Source: an uncultured bacterium
GTDB lineage: Bacteria > Krumholzibacteriota > Krumholzibacteriia > JACNKJ01
Direction of reading: 5' to 3'
Assembly (NCBI GenBank): GCA_963695095.1
Contig: CAVOFT010000001.1
Coordinates: forward strand, 2,816,001 to 2,880,000
DNA: 64,000 bases
Shown here: piece after piece, positions 28,135-37,687 of the stretch
Numbering within the stretch: position 1 is the stretch's first letter
Layout of the letters: every line of letters begins with the position of its first letter
The notes under the pieces: model-generated
What the model saw: only the letters and a program-made list of their open reading frames with translations
Told to the model about the DNA's origin: nothing
The model's database searches: none
Position numbers and translations under genes: made by a program

Positions 28135-31100
28135 TCCGCTCGGCCAGGGTCCGCAGGCGGGGCGAGGGCGGCAGATCCAGCTCCTGGATCATCAAGCGCT
28201 CGTAGCGCTGGTAGTCGGCGAGGGCCTCTCGTCGCTGCCCCAGCTGGAATTCGGCCTGGACCAGATGCCAGTGGAGGCCTTCGGCGAAGGGGTCTTGCTG
28301 CAGCCCTTGCCGGCAGAGCGGGGGCAACTCGCTCCAGCGCGCCGCTCGGGCGAGCTGCGCAAGAAGGCGCTCCAGGGCCCGTAGATAGCGGTCCCGGAGG
28401 CCCTCGCGCTCCAGCACCGCCAGCTCCTCGTAGGGGCTCTCCATCAGAAAATCCCCCCGGTAGAGTGCCAGGGCGGCGCGGAGCGAGGATTCCGCCGCCG
28501 CCTCATCCTGTCGGCGGGCGGATTCGGCCGCGGCCAAGGCGGCCTCGAACCCGAAGACGTCATAGCGGTGTCCGGCGCCCGGATCCAGCCGGCAGGCCTC
28601 TTGCCGGTGTTGAACGTGGGACGGGCCGGCGCCGGCATCGAGGAATCGCCGCAGCTGGAATATACTCTGGCGCAGGCTGCCCCGGCTGCGCTGGGGATCC
28701 CCGCCGGGCCACAGGGCTTCCAGGACCTGCTCCTGGGGAACCCAGCGGAAGCGGTGGACGAGCAGAAGCTGGAAGAGCCGCAGGGCACGGCGGGAAGGCC
28801 AATCCTCCAGTCGGAGCCGGTCGCCGGCCCGCTCGATCTCCAGGGGTCCCAGAGCGCTGATGCCGAGGGGCTGGCTGGGGGTAGCGCCCAGTTCGTCGGC
28901 GGCGGCTCGGGCGGCGCCCCCGCGGCGGCTGCGGGCCATCCTGGCCAGCAGCTCGCGGGCTGCATCGCCCCCCAGGCGGCCGAGCAGGCCCACGAGCCGC
29001 AGCCGGCACCCCTCGTCTGGGCTCTCGGCCAGGGGGGAGAGCGCGCTCAGCGCGCTCTCCCCCATCTCCTCGAGGCGACGGGACGCATGCTCGGCCTCCA
29101 GGCCGCGAGCCAGCGCCGCGGCCCAGAGGCCCGCGCAGGCCGCGGGCTGCTGCACCTGCAGGGCCTGCTCGTGCTCGGAGGCGGCCAGGCCCGAGAGGAA
29201 GGCCACGAGCTGGGCGTCCTCGAGGCGCCCGGTGGCGAGGGCGCGGTCGAGGCGAAGCGCGCCCAGCCGGCGCAGCTCGAAGCCGGCGCCGGCCTTGGCC
29301 AGCAGACGCTCCGCGCGCGCCCAGTGCGGCCCCTCGCGGCCGGGTGCCGCGGCCTGGCCGAGGAGGGTCTCGCAGCGACCCTCGAGCAGGCGGTGACCGA
29401 GGCTCTGCACGACCGCCAGGGCGTGGCGCAGGCGCCGGCGGGCGATCTGGCGGTTGCCCTCGGCCAGGTCGAGCTCGGCGAGGGCGATGTGCGGAATCGA
29501 CTGCTGCTCGGCCTCCCCCACCTGCTCGCCCAGCTCGCGGGCCCGCTCCAGGTGTTCGCGGGCGGCGGCGTGGTCGCCTTCGAGCCGGCGCAGGCGGCCG
29601 AGGCTGTAGTGAACGATGCCGAGCATCGTGCCGTACTCCAGGCGTTCGGCCAGCCGCAGGGCCTCCTCGCAGCAGTCGCCGCCCTCCTTGAGCTCTCCCA
29701 TTTCGACGAGTACCCAGCCGAGCACGCCCAGGCTGTGGCAGATCCGGCGCGGATCGCCCAGCTCTCGAAAGATGGCCAGGGAGCGCCGGCCCGCCCGCTT
29801 GGCCTCGCGAAACTCCCCGCGGGGGCCGTAGACATTGCCGACGAGCAGGTAGAGCACGCGGCCCTCGCCCAGGGCGTCCTTGCGCCGCCGGAAGATGCGG
29901 CCGGCCTGGATCAGTGCCGCCGCCCCCTCGTCCAGGCGACCCAGGTCGCAGGCCGAGACGCCGCGCAGGCCAAGCAGTCGGCCCTCGGTCGCCGGACGCA
30001 GGCCGGGTGCGGCCAGAGCCTGGTCACAGAGGCGCAGGCAGGCTCGGTAGCGGCCCTGGCGCATGGCGAGCTGGGCGAGCAGACTCTGCAGCTCCACTCG
30101 CAGGTGCCCCGCTTCCGCCCGGCGCAGGGCCCGCCGATACGCGCGCTCGGCTTCCCCGAAGCGGCCCTGGACCTCGTGAACGCGGCCGAGCAGGTAGAGC
30201 GCGGCCGGGCTGGCGGCCAGGCGCGCGGTGGGCAGCGCCTCGAGCAAGCTGCGCAGCTGGCCATACTGACCCGTGGCGAGCAACTCGTCGCCATGGCGCT
30301 CGCAAAGGGTGAGAAGGCCGTCGCTATCGGCCGCCTGGGCGCTGGCAGCGGCTGCTGCCAGCCAGTCGCCGCGCTTGCGCAGCAGGGCGGCCGCGCGGCG
30401 CTGGAGGCTGCGCCGCCGCTCCTCGCCCGCATGGCGCGCAAGCTGTTCGCGCAGGCATTCGCGGAAGAGCGCATGAAGTCGATAAGCGCCGGTCCCGTCG
30501 GCGCTCAGGAAGCAGTTGCGCCGCGCCAGTTCGGCGAGCAGCGAGGCGGCGTCCTCGCGCTCGAGCAGGGCATCGCAGAGGCCGGGTTCCAGGCGGGGAA
30601 GGATGGCGCAGGCGCGCAGGAAGTCCCGACTGGCGGGAGGCAGTCCGGACAGCACCTCTTCGGCGAAGTAGGCGAACCAGCCCTCGCGCGCAGCGAGCAC
30701 GCCCGCCAGTGCGCTCGCCAGGGCCGCTGGTGTGGGCTCGGCCAGGCCCTGGAACAGGATGCCGATGCCCGCCGGCCAGCCCTCCGTGAGGGCCGCGATG
30801 TGCGCAGCCTCCGCTGCGGGCAGCACCGCGCCCGGGAAGCGCAGGGCGTAGAGGGCCGTGATCTCCTCGGCGTCGAAGGCGAGCTCGGCTGGGCCCACGG
30901 TCGCCAGCTCTCCGGCTGCCTTGAGGCGAGCGGCGCCCAGCCCCAGGGCTTCGCGCGAGAGCAGCGCCAGTGTCACGCCCGCGGGCAGATGGCGCAACAG
31001 GCGCTCGATCAGCTCCCGGACCGCGGGCGCGGCGGCAGCCAGGTGCACATCATCCAGGACGAGCAGGCAGGGCTCCCGAGCAGCGCGCAGGAGGGCCAGG

Positions 31101-31423
31101 GCCGCGGCGAGCTGCTGCTCCGGCCCGGTGCCCGCCGGCGGCGCGTCGCCGCCGCAGGCTCGCCCAAGGGCCTCGTGCAGGTGCAGGACAAAGCTGGCCG
31201 GCTCGGCATCTCCCTCGTCGAGGGAGAGCCAGGCGAGCGGGCCCCCGTGTCGGGCGGCGGCGCTGATGAGAAAGGCCGTCTTGCCGAAGCCCGCCCCCGC
31301 CGTGACGAGCAGCAGGCGCCGGCCCCGACAGGCCTCCCACAGCGCGTCCAGACGCGGCCGCTCCAGGTGCAGGGCAGGCAGCCGCGGCGGATCCAGCTTG
31401 CTGACGATGAGCGCAGGCGGCAT
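28025..31423 (-). CDS. MalT-like STAND regulator: NTPase, TPR repeats, OmpR-like wHTH and BTAD (SARP) domains
   Basis: SKL.PP, Walker A AGAGFGKT, WLSLD, LVLDDVH, TEGWPAG, YRLHALFRE, TPR repeats, EALWP, ALALYRGDFL and ELDLPPS. Confidence 0.9.
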   Translation of the reverse strand: MPPALIVSKLDPPRLPALHLERPRLDALWEACRGRRLLLVTAGAGFGKTAFLISAAARHGGPLAWLSLDEGDAEPASFVLHLHEALGRACGGDAPPAGTGPEQQLAAALALLRAAREPCLLVLDDVHLAAAAPAVRELIERLLRHLPAGVTLALLSREALGLGAARLKAAGELATVGPAELAFDAEEITALYALRFPGAVLPAAEAAHIAALTEGWPAGIGILFQGLAEPTPAALASALAGVLAAREGWFAYFAEEVLSGLPPASRDFLRACAILPRLEPGLCDALLEREDAASLLAELARRNCFLSADGTGAYRLHALFRECLREQLARHAGEERRRSLQRRAAALLRKRGDWLAAAAASAQAADSDGLLTLCERHGDELLATGQYGQLRSLLEALPTARLAASPAALYLLGRVHEVQGRFGEAERAYRRALRRAEAGHLRVELQSLLAQLAMRQGRYRACLRLCDQALAAPGLRPATEGRLLGLRGVSACDLGRLDEGAAALIQAGRIFRRRKDALGEGRVLYLLVGNVYGPRGEFREAKRAGRRSLAIFRELGDPRRICHSLGVLGWVLVEMGELKEGGDCCEEALRLAERLEYGTMLGIVHYSLGRLRRLEGDHAAAREHLERARELGEQVGEAEQQSIPHIALAELDLAEGNRQIARRRLRHALAVVQSLGHRLLEGRCETLLGQAAAPGREGPHWARAERLLAKAGAGFELRRLGALRLDRALATGRLEDAQLVAFLSGLAASEHEQALQVQQPAACAGLWAAALARGLEAEHASRRLEEMGESALSALSPLAESPDEGCRLRLVGLLGRLGGDAARELLARMARSRRGGAARAAADELGATPSQPLGISALGPLEIERAGDRLRLEDWPSRRALRLFQLLLVHRFRWVPQEQVLEALWPGGDPQRSRGSLRQSIFQLRRFLDAGAGPSHVQHRQEACRLDPGAGHRYDVFGFEAALAAAESARRQDEAAAESSLRAALALYRGDFLMESPYEELAVLEREGLRDRYLRALERLLAQLARAARWSELPPLCRQGLQQDPFAEGLHWHLVQAEFQLGQRREALADYQRYERLMIQELDLPPSPRLRTLAERISRPEPPPSSPAAPAPLPRAGAPAGPPSPRKKGADR

Positions 31424-31621
31424 GGCGAAAGCACCCGGCGGGCTGGCGGTGGCGTTTCAGTATGCCCCTTCCCGTCGTTGCGCTCAAGGACGCGCGGCAG
31501 GACAGCGCCCGGGGCCCTCTGCTTCCCTGGCGCTGCCGGCAGGGGACCGCGGGCGGGCATGGGCGTTGCCCCTGCGGAGAGGTCGACCGCTGCACCGCCA
31601 TCGCGAACGGAGAGGACTGCC

Positions 31622-32701
31622 ATGACCCCCTCGGACGGCAAGCGCCAGGTTTGGATCATCCCGGGCGATCCCGGGCCGGAATCACCGCCCCCGCCCGCCG
31701 TGGAGGCCCCGGGACACCGCATCGTCGCCGCGCCGCTGGCGCGGCGGCGGCGGCCGGAACCCAAGCCCCTGCGCCTGCTGGCCCGGGTCTATGGACTGGG
31801 ACCGCTGGGGACCCTGCTCGGCGGTGCGGCCCGCTGGGAGCAGACCCTCGCCGTGCTCGCGCTCATGGCCGGCCTCTTCTGGGTGCTGCTGCAGTTGCCG
31901 CCGGTCGCGGCGGGCCTGCCCGCAGCGCCCCGGCTCAGCATGGCACTCCTGTGCGGCGTGTTCCTGCTCGGGGCCTGGTGCCGCGAGCTGTCGCTCATCG
32001 CCGGCCCGCGTCGCCTGAATCCCGAGCGACTGCCGGCCTGGATGCGCCGCGGCCCCGCGGTCGCGCTGCTCGGCCTGCCCGTGCCGGGCCTGGGCTTGCT
32101 CATCGCCGGGCGCCCGGGTCGAGCCGCGCTCGCCTTCTTCAATGCGGGGCTCACGGTGCAGGCCCTGCTCATCCTCGCCGGACTGGGGCGGGAGCTGGGG
32201 CCCTGGGGCGTGAGCAGCGCCGTGGAGGCCTGGCTGGCCGGCGCGGCCATCGCCCTCGCCCTCGGCGCCCTGCTCTGGATCGCCGGCGCCCTGGACGGCG
32301 CGCGCTTGCTGGCCAGCGCCCAGCGGCGACCGCGCCTGGTGCCTGCGGACCGCTACGCGCTCGGCCTCCTGCTGGCCCTGCTGCTCTTCGCCGCCGGCTT
32401 CCGACCCGCCGACTTCGCCGGCGATCTCGATGGTCTGGCCGTGTCGCTGGAGACCCGTGGTTTTCGCCACTTGCCCCTGGCATGCGAGCTGTGGGCCCTG
32501 CGCCTGGATCAGGGGCGGCCCGAGTACGCCCTGCGCGCCGCCGACCTGGCGGCGGCCACGGACCGGCCGGTCCTGGCCGGCGCCCTGCTGTACTCGGTGC
32601 GCGAGCGCTGGCAGGTCTGCGCGACTCGATTCGGGCGGGAATTGGCTGCCACGGGCGGGGTCGCCGGCCGGGAGCTGTTCGGGCCTCTGGACGCGCACTA
32701 G
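31622..32701 (+). CDS. Hypothetical membrane protein
   Basis: gagga RBS then ATG; several TM segments including PGLG.LI.GR..RA. Confidence 0.6.
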   Translation: MTPSDGKRQVWIIPGDPGPESPPPPAVEAPGHRIVAAPLARRRRPEPKPLRLLARVYGLGPLGTLLGGAARWEQTLAVLALMAGLFWVLLQLPPVAAGLPAAPRLSMALLCGVFLLGAWCRELSLIAGPRRLNPERLPAWMRRGPAVALLGLPVPGLGLLIAGRPGRAALAFFNAGLTVQALLILAGLGRELGPWGVSSAVEAWLAGAAIALALGALLWIAGALDGARLLASAQRRPRLVPADRYALGLLLALLLFAAGFRPADFAGDLDGLAVSLETRGFRHLPLACELWALRLDQGRPEYALRAADLAAATDRPVLAGALLYSVRERWQVCATRFGRELAATGGVAGRELFGPLDAH

Positions 32702-32785
32702 CGCGCCGGCTTGGCAAGGCCGCCCCCGCGGGTGTACCTTTGCGGAGTGGAGTGTCCGCTAACCCACTCGGTCCGGAGGTCGCCC

Positions 32786-33718
32786 ATGTCCCCGCTGAAC
32801 CGCCGCGAATTCCTGCAGGGCCTGGCCGCCGGCTCCGCCCTCGCCCTGAGCCCCCTCTCCCTGCTCGCCGGCGAGGACGCGCCGCGGGCGATGGCCATCG
32901 CCCGCTGGCAGGGCGAGACCCTTGGTGATGCGAACATGACCGCGGCGGCCGAGCGCCTCACGGAGCGCGCGCTGGCTGCGATCGGTGGCATGGGCCGTTT
33001 CGTCGGCGAGGGCGATCGCATCTGGATCAAGCCCAACATCGGCTGGAACCGCAGCCCCGCCCAGGCGGCCAACACGCATCCCGACGTGGTGGGCACGCTC
33101 GTGCGCCTCTGCTTCGAGGCCGGCGCCAAGTCGGTGCGCGTGGGCGACCACCCCTGCCAGGAACCGCGCCAGACCTATGCGACCAGCGGTATCGGCGCGG
33201 CCGTCGCCGCCGCCGGCGGGGAAATGGTCACCCTCGATCCCGCGCGCTGTCGACGCGTGGCCCTGGGCGGCGCGCGCCTCAAGGAGTGGGAGGTCTTTCC
33301 CGAGATCCTCGCGGCCGACCTCGTCATCAACGTGCCGGTGCTCAAGCACCACGGTCTGTCGCGGACCACGGCCTGCATGAAGAACTACATGGGCGTGGTG
33401 GGCGGCAACCGCAGCGCCTGGCACCAGGACCTCGCGAGCTGCCTGGTGGACATCACGGCCTTCATGAAGCCGCGGCTCTGCGTCCTGGACGCCACGCGGA
33501 TCCTGCTGCGTCACGGCCCCCAGGGCGGCAAGCTCGAGGACGTGGCGGTGAAGGGTCTGGTCGCGGCCGGCACCGACATCGTGGCGCTGGACGCTCTCGG
33601 CGCTTCGCTCCTGGAGCTCGACCCCGCCGAGCAGAAGACGCTGACGGCGGGCGTGGCGGCCGGCCTGGGCAGCCTGGACTACCCTGCGCTCGCTGGCGCG
33701 GAGATCGCCGTCTCGTGA
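32786..33718 (+). CDS. Tat-exported DUF362 protein
   Basis: NRREFL twin-arginine signal; IKPNIGW, NTHP.VV, PVLKHH...T..MKN.MG and D.VALD motifs. Confidence 0.85.
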   Translation: MSPLNRREFLQGLAAGSALALSPLSLLAGEDAPRAMAIARWQGETLGDANMTAAAERLTERALAAIGGMGRFVGEGDRIWIKPNIGWNRSPAQAANTHPDVVGTLVRLCFEAGAKSVRVGDHPCQEPRQTYATSGIGAAVAAAGGEMVTLDPARCRRVALGGARLKEWEVFPEILAADLVINVPVLKHHGLSRTTACMKNYMGVVGGNRSAWHQDLASCLVDITAFMKPRLCVLDATRILLRHGPQGGKLEDVAVKGLVAAGTDIVALDALGASLLELDPAEQKTLTAGVAAGLGSLDYPALAGAEIAVS

Positions 33719-35376
33719 CCGCGCGGGCGCGGGCGCGGCGGCTGGTCTGGCTGCGCCGCTGCGTGCAGGCGGCGAGCCTGGCGCTCTTCGTCGCGCTGTT
33801 GCTCGCCACGCGGCCGCCGGCAGCGGGAGCGCCGTCGGGCTGGCTGGGCTTCTACTTCCACATCGATCCGCTGGTGCTCGTCGGCAACTGGCTGGGCGGG
33901 CATCGCCTGGCCGGCCTCGCCCTGCTCGCCCTGGCCACGCTCGCGCTCACCCTGCTCCTCGGTCGCGTCTTCTGTGGCTGGCTCTGCCCGCTGGGCGCCC
34001 TGCACAACGCCCTGAGCTGGCTGGGCGGGCGGCGGCCGGCGCGGCGCGCGCAAACGGACGCGTTCTCGCGCTGGCAACGCGCGAAGTACTGGCTGCTCGC
34101 CGCGCTGCTGGTCATGGCGCTCGGCGGCGCGCACTGGGTAGGCGTCGTCGATCCGCAGTCGCTCCTCTACCGCAGCCTGGCGACGGGCCTCCTGCCCGCC
34201 CTGCAGTGGGCCGTCGAGGCGAGCGCCGGCGGCATCTTCGACGCCGATCCACACCTGGGCCCCTGGCACCTGACCGCCCTCAGCGAGCCGATCTATCGCT
34301 TCTGCCGAGACGAGCTCTTCGCCGGGCAGAGCCTGGTCTTCGCCGGCGGGGCGCTGATTCTCTTCATCTTCATCGGCCTGCTGCTGCTGAACCTCCTGCG
34401 CCCGCGCTTCTGGTGTCGCTACCTCTGCCCCCTCGGCGCCCTGCTCGGCGCCTGCGCTGGGCGCACGGCGCTGCGCCTCACGCCCTCCGGCAACTGCGGC
34501 AATTGCCAGCGCTGCCTGCTCCGCTGCCCCGCGGCCGCGCAACCCGAGAAGCCCGGCCAGTGGCTGCCCGAGGAATGCTTCGGCTGCTGGAACTGCGTGG
34601 CCAGCTGCGGAGAGGACGCCCTGGATTTCCGGTGGCAGTGGCCCTGGCGCCGGCCCGCGGCCGCGCGCGTGGATGTGGGCCGGCGCGCGCTGCTCGGCGC
34701 GGGCCTGGCCGGACTCGGCGCGCTCTTCCTCTTCAAGCTGCCGCCCCTCGCACGGGGCAAGACCTACAACCCCGAGCTGATCCGGCCGCCGGGGGCGCTC
34801 GCCGAGCCGGACTTCCTCGCCCGCTGCGTGCAGTGCGGGCTGTGCATGAAGGCCTGCCCGACGGGCGCACTGCAGCCCGCCTTCGATCAGGCCGGGCTCG
34901 CGGGCCTGTGGACGCCGGTGCTCGTGCCGCGCCTGGGCTACTGCGATCACGGCTGCGCGCTCTGCGGGCAGGTCTGTCCGACGGGCGCCATCCAGCCGCT
35001 GGCTCTCGCCGAGAAGCAGGCGCTGCGCATCGGCCTCGCCACGCTCGACACCACCCGCTGCCTGCCCTACGCCTATGGCCGCGAGTGCATCGTCTGCGAA
35101 GAGCACTGCCCGGTGCCGACCAAGGCCATCTACTTCGTGGAGACGGAGGTGGAGCTGCGCGGCGGCGAGCGGCGGCGGCTCAAGCAGCCGCGCGTGGACG
35201 CAGCGCTGTGCACCGGCTGCGGCATCTGCGAGACGAAGTGCCCCTTCGCAGATCGGGCGGCGATCCGCATCACCAGCGCGGGCGAGAGCCGCCATCCCGC
35301 GAATCAGCCGCTGCTGCCCGGGGCGCTTCCGCTCGGCGGCGGCGCGGACCTGGGAGCCGATCCCTACGGCGGTTAG
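33715..35376 (+). CDS. Fused NapH/MauN-like membrane polyferredoxin and NapG/MauM-like ferredoxin
   Basis: GRVFCGWLCPLG and RFWCRYLCPLGA, CxxCxxCxxxCP motifs, internal RRALL, IRPPGA and four further Cys clusters; GTGA overlap with the DUF362 gene. Confidence 0.88.
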   Translation: MTARARARRLVWLRRCVQAASLALFVALLLATRPPAAGAPSGWLGFYFHIDPLVLVGNWLGGHRLAGLALLALATLALTLLLGRVFCGWLCPLGALHNALSWLGGRRPARRAQTDAFSRWQRAKYWLLAALLVMALGGAHWVGVVDPQSLLYRSLATGLLPALQWAVEASAGGIFDADPHLGPWHLTALSEPIYRFCRDELFAGQSLVFAGGALILFIFIGLLLLNLLRPRFWCRYLCPLGALLGACAGRTALRLTPSGNCGNCQRCLLRCPAAAQPEKPGQWLPEECFGCWNCVASCGEDALDFRWQWPWRRPAAARVDVGRRALLGAGLAGLGALFLFKLPPLARGKTYNPELIRPPGALAEPDFLARCVQCGLCMKACPTGALQPAFDQAGLAGLWTPVLVPRLGYCDHGCALCGQVCPTGAIQPLALAEKQALRIGLATLDTTRCLPYAYGRECIVCEEHCPVPTKAIYFVETEVELRGGERRRLKQPRVDAALCTGCGICETKCPFADRAAIRITSAGESRHPANQPLLPGALPLGGGADLGADPYGG

Positions 35377-36242
35377 GGCGCCTCGCCCGGCAGGGCGCCG
35401 AGGCCGACCCAGAGGCGCAGGGTATCCCCGACGAGCCAGGCCAGGCCGAAGCGGCCGGCGTAATCCTGGAATTGCAGGGAGCGCTCGCCAAGGGCCAGCA
35501 GCGTGGCGTCGTTACGGCAGGTCTCGGCCAGGGCCGCCAGCGCGCTGACCGTGGCCGCGCTGTCCGGATAGGCCGCGATGAAGAAGCGCTCGGGCGGCGA
35601 GCCCTCGCCGTACTCCCCCAGCACCGCCCAGACGCGACCATCCAAGCTCAGCGCATCGCCGCCGGCGAAGGGCAGATAGGCCTCCGTGCCGAAGGCTCCG
35701 CGCAGAAGCCGCTCGCTGCCCGGCCGCAGGCCGCCCTGCAGCAGGCGCGCGAGCAGAGGGTCGGCGCCGGGCGCGGGCCGCTCGCCGCCCGCCGCGTCCG
35801 CGAGTGCGGCCATCGCGACGAGGCGCTCGGCCTCGCCGCCGGGATTATTGACCTGAATGAAGCAATCGCCCGCCACCAGCGTGACCTGAGAAGGCGAGGC
35901 GCTGTGCCGGCGGGCGAGCGTCGCGAGCGGCGCCTCGGCACCGCACTTGAGCAAGTAGATCGCGTAGGCGGCGCGCGCATCCGCGAGACGATAGACTTCG
36001 AGATCCAGTGCCCGGCCCGCGCTATCGGCGTAGCTCGCCACGAGCAGATCGATGAACCCGAACTCGTGGAAGAGCTCAGCGCCGCCGTTGATATGGCCGT
36101 AGAGCTCGCGTCCCGTGTAGAGCCGCGGCTGCCCCGCCAGCGCCCAGCCGGGCGGCGCTGGCGGCGCCGTCAGGGGCGTGGCAGCCGGCGCGGCGCGGAC
36201 CACTGCCGCCATCGCCAGGACCAGGATCAGGCCGCGCATCAT
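35373..36242 (-). CDS. Exported DUF6599-like protein
   Basis: Signal peptide; LYGHINGGAELF.EFGF and EVYRL...AYAIY motifs. Confidence 0.7.
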   Translation of the reverse strand: MMRGLILVLAMAAVVRAAPAATPLTAPPAPPGWALAGQPRLYTGRELYGHINGGAELFHEFGFIDLLVASYADSAGRALDLEVYRLADARAAYAIYLLKCGAEAPLATLARRHSASPSQVTLVAGDCFIQVNNPGGEAERLVAMAALADAAGGERPAPGADPLLARLLQGGLRPGSERLLRGAFGTEAYLPFAGGDALSLDGRVWAVLGEYGEGSPPERFFIAAYPDSAATVSALAALAETCRNDATLLALGERSLQFQDYAGRFGLAWLVGDTLRLWVGLGALPGEAP

Positions 36243-37429
36243 GCCTCCAGGTGCTCGATGCGCGCGGGGTCGGCGATGCCCAGCCCCAGCGCCTCGGCGT
36301 AGCGCAGGTAGTCCGTGAAGCGCGGATGCTCGTTCACGGCCACGCCCATCTCCTTGCGCTTGGCCACCATGCGGTCGTGGCAGACGCGGTCCAGCGCGAA
36401 GGGGTCCGTGGCCAGGAAGAGCCGGTGGTAGTCCCAGGTGAAGGCGGCGTTGCCCATGGGGCCGCCGTCGTACTGGCCGACGAGGCCCTCGTTGATGTTG
36501 AGCACCAGCTTGTCGCGGAGCACGGGGAAGGCCAGCACCTCCGTACAGACCTTGAAGAAGAGCGGCTGGTGCAGGCGGCCCGTGTTGCAGATGGCCCCGT
36601 AGCCGAGATTCTTGGTGGCCATCGAGATGCCGTTGCCCGTGTTCTTGAAGGCGGCCAGGTTGATGATCTTCGTCAGTCGCTGCGTGAGCAACTTGCCGAA
36701 GGGCGAGCGCAGATCGTTGAAGACGTGCTGGTGGAGGTAGTTCGGGTCGCTGGGCGCGGCCGCATCGGCCCAGTAGAAGACCTCATCCTCGAAGTTGCCA
36801 GCGCTGACGTGCCGGCCGTCCGGCCGCAGCCAGCCGCTCTGATCCGCACCTTCCGCGAAGGCCGCCTCGTCCATGGTCTGCAGGCCTTCGATACCCACGC
36901 CAGGGAAGCGCTCGGCAGTGAAGCCGGCCTCGGCGAGCATCACGTCGAAGCGGTCCCAGATGACGATGTTCGCACGCGGCAGGCCGTTCTCGGTCAGCCA
37001 GGCGATCACGGCATCGACGAGCTCCGGATGCGTGCTGATGAGTCCCGCGCCGACCGGGTTCACCTTGATGCCCACCACATCGGCCGGCGTGAACAGGCGC
37101 TTGAAGCTGGCGGCGGCGTCCAGTCCCGTGAGCGCGCTGAGGCCGCGGCGGAACATCGCCGCCACGACTGCCGCATCGACGGCGCCCGCGGCGAGCGCGG
37201 CCGCATCGTGCACCTCGACCACCCGGCCCGGCTGCGCGCCGGGCAGCGAGTGGGCGACCCGCGGCGCGGCCAGGGCCTTGTCGATGTTCGTGGCCGGCTC
37301 GGCCGGCGCCTCATCGGCGGCCCAGGCGGCCGGACGGCCGAGCAGGAGCCCGGCGCCGACCGCCCCACCCAGCTTCAAGAAACCACGGCGATCACAGTGA
37401 AAGAGCCCCTCCAGAGAGCGATAGGCCAT
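36239..37429 (-). CDS. Second Tat-exported DUF362 protein
   Basis: DRRGFLK signal; DVVGIKVN, IVIWDR, FKN.G.GISMATKNLGYG, YDGGP and TDP.ALD motifs. Confidence 0.82.
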   Translation of the reverse strand: MAYRSLEGLFHCDRRGFLKLGGAVGAGLLLGRPAAWAADEAPAEPATNIDKALAAPRVAHSLPGAQPGRVVEVHDAAALAAGAVDAAVVAAMFRRGLSALTGLDAAASFKRLFTPADVVGIKVNPVGAGLISTHPELVDAVIAWLTENGLPRANIVIWDRFDVMLAEAGFTAERFPGVGIEGLQTMDEAAFAEGADQSGWLRPDGRHVSAGNFEDEVFYWADAAAPSDPNYLHQHVFNDLRSPFGKLLTQRLTKIINLAAFKNTGNGISMATKNLGYGAICNTGRLHQPLFFKVCTEVLAFPVLRDKLVLNINEGLVGQYDGGPMGNAAFTWDYHRLFLATDPFALDRVCHDRMVAKRKEMGVAVNEHPRFTDYLRYAEALGLGIADPARIEHLEA

Positions 37430-37594
37430 GCTGGACCCCCTTTGCCGGCCCTCACTGTAGCTCAGACGATTCGGTCTGAATACAGCATAGCGCAAGCCTC
37501 TCGGGCGGCCACTGACCAGGCAGTTCAGAAGTAAGCGATCGCTTCATCGATGTAATACATTGAAATAGATGCATTTAGCTTATCAATCACCCTC

Positions 37595-37627
37595 TTGACA
37601 TTTCCAGTCCTGTGAATATCTTCACAA
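37595..37627 (+). promoter_or_regulatory. Sigma70 promoter with an overlapping Rex-type operator
   Basis: TTGACA at 37595-37600, 16 nt, TATCTT. CTGTGAA-TATC-TTCACAA at 37610-37627 against the Rex consensus TTGTGAA-N4-TTCACAA. Confidence 0.75.
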
Positions 37628-37687
37628 GGACAACGATGTCCTGAACTCGGCAATCCCCTTGCTAGCGATGGGCGGGAGGTCGGCAGC

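Noticed and set aside
28568..32701. 1377-aa plus-strand ORF
   Set aside because: Antisense shadow of the MalT/BTAD gene. Only 31622-32701 has an RBS and membrane-protein character.
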